Assembly: GCA_905178155.1 (NCBI GenBank)
Contig: CAJINV010000008.1
Span: 4,055,420-4,119,419 of the forward strand
Origin: Amoebophrya sp. A120
Taxonomy: Eukaryota; Protista; Dinoflagellata
Length of the DNA: 64,000 nt
Direction: 5' to 3'
Position numbers and translations under genes: made by a program
Shown here: positions 51,055 to 60,170 of the stretch, piece after piece
Position numbering within the stretch: the stretch's first letter is position 1
Layout of the letters: every line of letters begins with the position of its first letter
The notes under the pieces: model-generated
The model's database searches: none
Told to the model about the DNA's origin: nothing
Seen by the model: only the letters and a program-made list of their open reading frames with translations

Positions 51055-51094
51055 AGCATACCGTGCGGTCCGACGTCGGACCGCATGGCACGCT
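51055..51094. repeat. Second copy of the zero-spacer palindrome (22-bp perfect core 51064-51085)
   Basis: AGCATACCGTGCGGTCCGAC|GTCGGACCGCATGGCACGCT. Confidence 0.93.
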
Positions 51095-51234
51095 CGACAC
51101 CGTTTCGGGCGGGGCGAGCCATGTTGGGGCGCCGGGCGATGTGGTTGGTGCACGGGCGGAACTGCGCCCCTGCGTGCGACGTAGGGGAGGGGACGTCGTG
51201 GGGGCTTAGTTACCCTCGGGGCCTGTTTGCTTGC

Positions 51235-52050
51235 TACGTGTGGGGCTGTCGGACGGTAAGCCGCTGCTGCGTGTGCCCAGCGTGCCAAATATAGCCTCCG
51301 TGGCGGAGGTGGTGAGGTCGGTGCCGCTGGCTGCCTTGCCCGCCCGCCGGCCGTTGCCCTGGCCAGCCACTGTGTCTTTTTTCTGGGCCCCCCGTGCCGC
51401 TTTTGGTATGGCCATGCCGCGTGGCTTGGCCGTCTTTTGGAAAGCATGGTAGTTCTTTGCCAAATTTTCAGAACCCCTGTCCGAAAGCTAGCCCTGGCGG
51501 TATGGGGCCGATCCGGGCGCCGCGGTGGAGCGCCCTGAAACCGAAGGCAAACCGGTCCCATGGCATGGGGATTGGCCTCGCGCGCTTGGCGCGCTTTTGC
51601 TTTTCTGTGTTTTTTCTTTGCGCGCCGGCACCCTTTGCAAAGCTTCCGCCGCATAGAAACCGGCGAAAAGGCGGCGGCCGCTTTCGCGGCCGGCCAAATG
51701 CTCCGAACGGAGCCCCGGCCCTGTCGTGCGGCTTCGCTTTTCTGATTTGCCGCGAGTTTTTTGGGGCGCTCTTTTGCGCGCCCCAAATCGCCAGAACCCC
51801 ACGCGGCCGGCGCCTCAGCGGGGTGCCCCTTTTCTTTGTCGGCCCTCCTGTGTCGTTAGTATTATCAGCCGGCGACCGATAGAACCCGGCGCCGGCGGTT
51901 CGTTGAAGTCAAACAAAGCCCAACAGGCTGGCGCGCTTTGATCTTCCTCATGTGGAAAAGCGCGAAACAGCAGCACACACCGCCGGCAGCTTTTGGCCGG
52001 TGGTTGCTTTGCATTAAGAAAGCTGCCAGGGTCGGGCCGTTTCGCGGTGG
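51235..52050. repeat. Arm 2 of the inverted duplication
   Basis: Reverse complement aligns by eye to ~48640-49460. Confidence 0.85.
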
Positions 52051-53600
52051 CGGCCCGCCGGCGGCGGGAGGCGCGGGCGGGCGCCGCGGTTCGCGGTGTT
52101 TGTGAGGCTTGGGCGCGCGCGTTTTTTGGCGAGGGCGCGTGCTGCCCGGTGCCCGGTTGCGTCGGGTTTAGGGTCTGGCGGACCGGCCCCCTTCCCTGCG
52201 TCGGTAGCCCTCCTCCTAGTCCGTTCCCGGGTAGGCCTTCCGGGCCTGGGGGGGGGCGGGTGGGTGCGATGGGCGGTCATGGCCTTTTTCTTTAGGGCGC
52301 CCGCGCCGGCAGCCGTTGGCTGGGTGCGGTCGGCGGGTGCCCGGCGCGCGCACGCTTCGGCGGGTTGAAAGGCGGTCGCTCGGGCTTCGCCGATCACCCG
52401 CGGGACAAGAGGAGGCGTCGGCGCCCAAGACCTCGCAGGCGCCCCTGTTCTGTCGCTTGGAGTATCTTCGCTGCGTTTTTTCGTTCTGAGTCGCATTACC
52501 AAATCGTTTCCAATGCCGTGAAATCCTGAAAAGTCAAATGAAAAGTTTTGGAAAAGTTCGAATCGCCCGCCAATTAGTCGCTTTCCCTTGTAAGCTGTAG
52601 CTGCACCAGCGACTGCAACCCTGTAGCTAAGTGTCAACTTCCTCTACTATGCTATTTTCACAACAGTTTGATATCGGAGTAGTGTTGGAGCATCTCTAGT
52701 TCAGTTTATCGCTCATTGCAATCTTCACGGAATCAGATTTGCAACGTACCAAAGATAGAGTTAGAGAGTGCTGCTTTGTATGATCGATACAGATTTCGCC
52801 ATTGTAGGTTGGTAAGCCAGGAAAAAGAGAAATCCGCCGAGATAAATGGAAAAGAAAATAAGTATTTCAGTTACACAAGTTAACCCACTGGCCGTGAGAT
52901 TTGATGTTCATCAACTGGTAGTTGTGACCGCCAACGCCCGCTAATCCGTTTCGTCAAACATCTTGCCGGTGAAGTGTTTGTCACGGATGTCCGAGGAATT
53001 GCAGGAATAATTTGACGCATTTTCGTTTTCGTTTTAATGAACCTGAACGTCCTGCTCCTGTGAAAAACAAAAAAAATAACGCCCGTCCAGCAATTTCGCA
53101 AGATTCTGATTGTGATTTGTGAAGAAGGAGCATTGATAGTTAAAAACGCACGTTCAGCTTTTGTAGTACCTTAACGGAGGTCCTTCGTGCAATGAACAAT
53201 GATTACTTTCTGCGATATCTGTTATAGTTTGGTGCGCCCTGTTCTTGAGCCACGAGCTAAAATAAACCAAGACACAACAAAATCCGCCGTTCGAAGAACA
53301 GAATCCAGGCGGCCGTTGGTGACTTTCATTTTATTCCCACCCTTCTCTCGAAAAGCTTCGGGGTGGAGACTACTTTAGGTTTAGGATTGGGTTTGTGGAA
53401 AGGAAAAGTGCGCTGTTGTAGTTGTACGTCTTGTTTTTACCAAGAAAGACTCTGAATCTTTCGAATTTCGTTTTTCTCTCCAATGCATCACCGAGGATCA
53501 CGATCTGAATCTCGCCCTAACCGTAAATATCGTATTTCGTATTCGTCAACAACAAAATAAAGTAGAGATTTGACTATACCACAACAAGAAAGCACAAATT

Positions 53601-55394
53601 ATGTCGTCAACTCCGGTATTCGCAAAGACCAAAGACTCCGCCAAACGTGGGCGTTTGGACGACAGCAGTGATGGGAGTCCCAACATTGAGGTACGAGAGC
53701 GAAATGTCGACACTGCCGATCCGCGGGAGGCAAAAAAGGCACGGCCCCGCGGGCTTTCGGCTTGTTGTTGTCCGCAGAGACTTTTCGACGATGACGAACC
53801 GGGCGACGAGACGGATCTGCGCAAAAATCAAAATGGCACGAGTACAACAGGACGGCGGGGACCCGTCGCACCAACCACGAAGGAGCGCCAAGACTTTGAT
53901 CGCCAAGATTGGATTCTCCTGAAGAGGGTCTTCACACATGCGCAGGTAGATGAGATTGTTGAGCTTGCCGAGAGAACCGCGGAAGCGGAACGGGAGGCGA
54001 AAAAGAAAGCAAGTACTGGCGGCGATTTGGCGGATGCAGCAGCTCAGACGAGCACGACCACGAGCCAAATACTTCCTGAGGCCACAGACGAGGAAATAAA
54101 CACAGTGAGCACGAGCAAGCGTAATCCAGGCACGCAATTCATGCGGCTGCAAGACAAGGATAAGTCGGCAGAGATGAAAGTTCACTTCTGCAAGGAAATG
54201 AAGCGCGTTCTGGACCTTGACTTCCATCTGGATAACGCCGGGAAAGTGCAGGTGGACGATTCAAAGACTGATGCAGAGTTGAAAGACAAGGCCACGGGCC
54301 TGGCCGTCTTTACGTACGAAGAGAACCAGGAGAACCACACCCACCAAGACCGCATCACTGTCGAGAGGGGGCCCGGCTCGCAGATCGAGCAAACCGCGAT
54401 TTGCATGTGCTCGGACCCGGGCGTTGACTTTGCTGGGGGTCGGTTTTTCTTAAATAGAGAGTTTGACTACGTCGAGCAGGACGGAAAGGTGGTTATCAAT
54501 GAAAACGAAAAAACTAGACTGTATCCCGAAGGATTTGAGAAGGGTGACGTCGTCGTCTTCGACAATCGTGCTTTCGTGCACGGCGTGGAGCCCGTGAAAC
54601 GTGTCGAGGGAGCCACCACAGTGCGGCGGACCACCTGTAGCATCCGTTCCACGCGGCCGCGCCAGCGAGGATCCTTAATCGTGCTGGAGGGTCCCGACAA
54701 GGTTGGTAAAACGACATTAGCTAAGAAGCTCATGCAGCATCTACGAAAACGAAACACCAATGTTGCGTACTAGAAGATTCCGAACCGCGAATGTGAGGTC
54801 ACCGGAGCGTCGGTCAATGGATGTCTGTCGAAAAAGAGCCAAGTCATAGATGCTGCAACGTCGTGGAAAGACGTACACAAGGTCTTTGCGCAGAGTCGCG
54901 CCCTTGTGCATCCCGAGATTATGGAAATCTTGCAGCAGGGTGACAGTGTAATTCTGGATCGCTCTGTATATTCCGGCATTGCGTATACGCTGCAGGACGA
55001 GCAAAGTAGAGCGGCGGCGGCGGGGGAAGATTCCATCGGATATGATGCAGTGGCGCGGTACTGCCGCGAGAAGGAGGGCGAGGCGTTGCTCAAGCCCGAC
55101 CTGTTGCTGGTTGTCTCGAATCCCAACGCCGGGGACCTGTGCAAAGAGCGGTTTTCTGCGGACGAGAGATTTGAAGATCCAGTGACTCAGAACGAAATTG
55201 CGAAAATCTTTCGTAAAATCGTGGACGAGGAGAAAACGATATATGGTGGGCGAATCAAGGAGGTCGTCGTGAACGAGGACATGAATGAGCAAGAGCTCTT
55301 CGAAGAGGTCCGCGAGATGGTGGAAAACGAAGCCCGGCAGTTTATCCCAGTGCGAGACATGTCGTGGGTCTGGCCACGGGACCTGCAGCACTGA
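53601..55394 (+). CDS. Intronless 2OG-Fe(II) dioxygenase :: thymidylate kinase fusion with one in-frame TAG (54771-54773)
   Basis: Dioxygenase: Y..HTHQD (HxD), DFAGGRF, GDVVVFDN...HGVEPV...RRTTCSIR. Kinase: RGSLIVLEGPDKVGKTT (P-loop), KIPNR, HKVFAQSR, GDSVILDRSVYSGIAY, KPDLLLV, ERFE..Q. ORFs 53601-54773 and 54906-55394 are in the same frame, separated only by the TAG. Confidence 0.82.
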
Positions 55395-56651
55395 CAAAGA
55401 ACGTGGTCTGTCCAGATTCACGCCTGAATGGGTGCACCACCAGAGTTTTATTTCTTTGAATTCCCCACAATCGGAATCCGAATCGCTGGACCGCAAGCAC
55501 AACCAGCACTAAACCTGCTTCGTTTTTACTTGTGTTGATTCTACCCCGGCCTGCATTGCACTTCAGCTTCAGAAGGGTTCGATCAAGGCGCATACAGTTC
55601 CCGCCTTTATTCCTTGATATTTCCAATGAGCCTTTCATTCCTGGAATCTACGTGCGCATGTAACTTGCATCTTCAAATCCAAGTAAGTTTACTTTACCTA
55701 GGATTATTTTCCGAGGCGGAGTGCATTGCGGTTACAGTTGAAACTACGAGCACCTCCTCCCTGGTGCTCGTTTGTACATATCATTTGCTATGGATCTCGC
55801 CACTGTATATGAGAGAAGGCCGTCGAGACGCGAAGGATGGAATACTACAAAACTATTTCAGCGCAGCACGCTGCTAAACTGGCCGCGTCCGCGTGCGCAT
55901 GGTCCACCTGGGGTCCATTCATAAGCAGTGTTCGCCAGGAGCGCCCGTTCATTCGATCGGTCAAATATCTTGTCGGTGAAGTGCTTCGAAATCTAAATGA
56001 CATGTTTGTTCCATCATCTGACTCCGATGTTTAAACCTGTGCACAGTACTCGAGTACTCAAGATGACGGCTTGCGCTTTCAACAGCAGCTCGCTTGATTT
56101 TGTTCTTCAAAAAGTGAATCAAGGAAAATAGGATATCGGTTTAAGCAGCAGCCCCTAGTAACGTTCGACGATGCAACGACAGCCCATAGCCCGATTTCTG
56201 CCCCGTTTCGTTTACACAGAACAAGTGAGTCACTTGCTAGTGCTACTGGTACGCCGGTCGTCGCGGTCTACGAATTGCATAAAAAAAACTTCTACTGACG
56301 ACGAGATGATGAGGCTTTGATTTTTGATGAAGAAACGGAAGTAAGGGCCCGTGTAACCATATATAGTCGTGGTAAATGACTTGTGAACCTACGCAATCGC
56401 AACGGCTACCGCTACAACTCTTTACTCATTTGCTTGCTGCATTCGAGCCATCGCTTGTATGTCTGCTGCCGATTATGTCAACAGAGCAAGGACTAGATTT
56501 ACTTTTACATTTAGATTGCCTGTTCGTGTTACCCCCGAAACGTTGCTGGTCGAGCACGACGCCCCTTCTTCTAGTTTCTCCCCGCCACTATTGTAGTTTG
56601 GATCTCGAAAAACCGATTCCCCGGTCGTGAAGTAGGACCACATCAAGAAAG

Positions 56652-59600
56652 ATGAAACGCTTGGCGCACAAGGTCCTCCCTTCAGCTACAGCATCCCAGC
56701 GGCGTAATCATTCCAGGTTCACCGCAGCAGCCGCAGCATCGTCATCGTCGCGAATACGAGCCCAATTCGCCTGCGTGAGGGAACAAGTTGTGGCGACAAG
56801 GAATATACCCACACCGCATGTGGACGACGTCCAAGGAGCCACAATACTATCCGGCACATCGCCGGCCTGTTCTTCGTCCTCCCGCTCGTGGGCTGCAGGG
56901 TCAAAATCCGACCACGAGAAATGCAATGGGTCCCCGTATATAACTAGGAGATTTTTCGCAACGACGGCACCGAGCAGCGGCTCGACGTCGTCAAGAAGTA
57001 GGTCATTCTCTTCTTCCTCGTCGTCTTCAACGAGCACGGCACATTTCCGACCGCTAGTGTCATGCGAAATCGAACTGACAAGGGCGGGCAACAAACCCGG
57101 GGCTTTGGGGCGGATCTTGAGCTGCTTCGAACAGAACAAGGTACTGTAGCGCTTTGATGACCTTGCTAGTTCTGAATGAAAATGAATCTTCGTCTTGGAA
57201 GATCAACTGTTTATAAAAGTGGTACTAGTGTCAACATTATGGCATGAAGTGAATGTCGTCGACTTTGTCATGCATTCTGGACAAAAAAAAAGGTCGACCT
57301 GACCCACGTGGAGTCCAAGCTACATTCCTTCGCCCACGACGGCCTCGTTTTTCTGATCGATTTTAAGGGAAAGGTCCCCGATACCAACGTGCAAGCCGTG
57401 CTTCAGCAGGTCAAGCAGTCTGTGCCCGGTGTGGCGCGCCTCGAGCTCACGCCGCCCAAGTACGTGCCCTGGTTTCCCGCGAGCGCGAAAGAGCTGGACC
57501 GTTGCTATCAACTGCAAAGCATGTCTGGGTCTGGAAGATTGCACCACTTGCAAGACTTGTATAATGCTTCGCTCCCAGGCCCACGAGAAATTCTAGAAAT
57601 TTTGTATGTAGTCTAAGACTGTCATGCATATGGCGAGACTCTGCCCTACCCTTGATTTGTTTGTCATGAAGTTGAAGAAGCGCGAATTATTCTCATGTAA
57701 TTTACGGCACTACACTCATAGTCGCTCAAAAATATGTCCTTCCTTCCTAGTATTGGAGTTGTGCGAGTCTGTTTGCCTTTCATACCATCGACACACTTCC
57801 AGGCTAACTTTCCAGAACACCCAGACAAAATATCTGCAAAGTTGATAGCCGCGTCATAGACACGATAGGGGGCGATAGCGGACTGATCGACGAAGACCAT
57901 CCGGGGTTTCAGGATGAGAGTTACAAAAAAAGGCGACAGGACATCGCGGAGCAGGCGGCCAGCTACAAGCACGGGGAAAAAATACCACATACCGAATATA
58001 CAGCGGAAGAGGTACGACAACAGTTTTTGTAGCATGGCGCCCTAGTGGCGTCGTTCTTCGGCACTAAAGATGTAGAGCTTGTTGTGTCGTTGATGTCCTG
58101 TTGGTGTCGCAGCAGGAGCTTCATCTATTTCTTTGGCCTACAGTGTGGATCTGGATTGTTCCGATGTGTCTGGCAAGCGTGTTGGGGTAAAGACACGATG
58201 TTCAATTTCGCTGTTCCGGTCGCTTGTTTTCTTTACTCTAAAACATAAACACCACAGATCCGCGTCTGGAACGCAGTGTACGACAAACTGACCGACTTGC
58301 ACCAGAAATGGGCCTGCGACGAGTATAATGCGGTATTCCCCGAGCTGGCCAAGGAGGCCGGCTACGGCCCGAAGCAGATCCCGCAACTCCACGACATCAG
58401 CGAGTACTGCTTCTCGAAAACGGGCTTTCGCCTGCGCCCGGTTTGCGGATTGCTGTCCGCCAGGGATTTCCTTAACGCCTTGGCCTTCCGGACGTTCTGC
58501 TCAACGCAGTACTACTATGTTGATGTCATTGATTTATTCTAAAGGTTTGACTTCGACCGCTCTTGCATACTGGTTGCGTATGCGGTCGTGTCAGCGGATT
58601 TTTATGCCGTGCATCATGTGCAGCATTGCCGTTTCTTTGCCAAGCCGATGAATCGGCAACGAGGATGTCAGGACACGCACAGTTCTTCTTACTTGCCCTC
58701 GCTACAAATGACAATTAAAGGTACATCCGTCACGGCGGCAACCCGTTTTACACGCCCGAGCCCGACATTTGCCACGAACTCATCGGCCACGTCCCCCTGT
58801 TAGCCGATCCGGATTTCGCAGACTTTACCCAGCGCGTTATCCTGAGCAAAAACGTCCCCAACCCACAGTCAAGATGGCAAATTTGCTAGGCAAATCAGCC
58901 AACTCTGGTTACCGCGCATGACAAGTTTGGCCTCGTAGTGTAGTCGCGTCTAGCAAGTTCAGCAGCATCACAGATCTAGTATCTCTTGCTCATTGGAGCA
59001 TGACAAATCCCAAAACAAGACCAGAAAATGCTGCTCATGGGGCTCCGCATGAAAAACGTTTTCAGAATGCAGATTTGCATTACAGCTACCGGGTGGGGTC
59101 GTTCTTAAGTACGAAACGCGTGGGGCTGGCGAGTTTGGGGGCGAGCGATGAGGAAATTGTCAAGCTCGCCTCAATCTACTGGTTCACCGTCGAGTTTGGC
59201 CTGGTGCGCGGCGGAAAAGATAACAAGGAGGTGAAGGCGATGGGCGCCGGGATTCTGAGCAGCTTCGGCGAAATGGAGTGGGCCGCCGCGGACAAACCCT
59301 CGGAAGAATGTCGGCAGTCCGGTGGGATCAAAAGAGATTACCCGGACCTGCTCAACCCGAAAATTGTCCCGTTTGACCCAAGGTAATAAGAACGCTGCTT
59401 TCTCTTGTTCGACCTCACATTTTTCTAGCATATTCTTGATGACACGACACTCTTCGTCTTCAGCATGGTGTGCTGACATTGAACAGATGTAGTCGCGCAC
59501 CAATTGCAGAAGATTTTTTAGCTGCCTACAGTTGCGATTGTTTCTCCAAGACTACACATTTGTCCTCCAATTTGTCCTTTCCGCAGCGGAGCGGCACTCG

Positions 59601-60170
59601 AATTTTTGCAAGAGCCACACTAACGTAGAAAACTGACCACATCACAGACACGCAGCCGTCCAGCCGTATCCGATCACGACGTACCAACCGATTTTTTTCT
59701 GCTATGGCGTTCTCAGCTGTTACATTCTCAAGTGTTGCGTGAATTTGTGATGCAAGAATGGAAAAAGTGAAAGGAAGGACCTTGCGCGTCTTGCATGACA
59801 GAGTTGGCAAAGATTATCAGCCTGTTTGGCCATCTGAGAATTTGTCACGCGAAGCAGCTTGATGGCTTCGATAGTCAAGGTAATTTTGCATGACAAATCA
59901 TGTAACAGTTGAGAATGTAACAGTTGAGAGCGCCATATCTGCGGCGACAGCCTCCAGGACGTGAAGGAAAAGATCAGCGATTATTGCGATGGCATGGAGC
60001 GCTCCTTCCACCCCGTGTACGACTTCGTCACGCAGACGGTGCAACCCTCGCGACACATCCGGAGGCTCGAACGGAGCTCCACGGCGGACCTGCAGGCGCA
60101 GAAGCAGAAGGAGTACTTCGCGAAACTGGCCGAGTCCCGCGACCAGATACAAGGTGGGGATAATAAATAA
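56652..60170 (+). CDS. Biopterin-dependent aromatic amino acid hydroxylase (phenylalanine hydroxylase-like) with ACT domain
   Basis: [12 protein letters not shown]...LTHVESK; VPWFP..ELDRC; DHPGFQD.SY..RR; IPQL..IS...[30 protein letters not shown]; [21 protein letters not shown]; YWFTVEFGL; [10 protein letters not shown]. Confidence 0.94.
57506..57847. mobile_element. Introner family A, TSD GTTGC/GCCGC
   Basis: TATCAACTGCAAAGCATGTCTGGGTCTGGAA...TGCAAAGTTGATA; junction LDRC|VIDT. Confidence 0.87.
58838..59116. mobile_element. Introner family E, TSD CGCGT (right end GAAA)
   Basis: Homologous to 26516-26783; junction FTQR|VGLASLG. Confidence 0.9.
59703..59937. mobile_element. Introner family D, TSD TCTGC
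   Basis: TATGGCGTTCTCA...TGAGAGCGCCATA; junction YQPIFFC|GDSL. Confidence 0.93.

Larger units (their letters stand above)
47433..52593. mobile_element. 5.16-kb GC-rich non-autonomous TIR (foldback-like) element, candidate TSD GCTGT
   Basis: Left end TTACAAGGGAAAACGGGTAATTG...GACTTTTCCAAAACTTTT matches the reverse complement of the right end AAAAGTTTTGGAAAAGTTC...CAATTAGTCGCTTTCCCTTGTAA (about 65 bp, imperfect). GCTGT at 47428-47432 and 52594-52598. Sharp compositional contrast with the flanks; no recognisable protein. Confidence 0.75.

Noticed and set aside
47433-52593. rRNA operon
   Set aside because: No conserved SSU, 5.8S, LSU or 5S motifs recognised; a spacer-derived origin cannot be fully excluded.
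47739-52637. Long overlapping ORFs (e.g. 448 aa at 50440-51786, 333 aa at 47739-48740) as a transposase or cargo
   Set aside because: R/G/P/A-rich, open in several frames on both strands as expected for high GC, with no DDE, HUH, recombinase or RT motifs recognised.
333-57847. Recurrent ~30-bp repeat AAAAATGTCTGGGTCTGGAA as a CRISPR-like array
   Set aside because: Copies are dispersed, occur as inverted pairs about 200-340 bp apart with TSDs, and no cas genes are present; they are TIRs.
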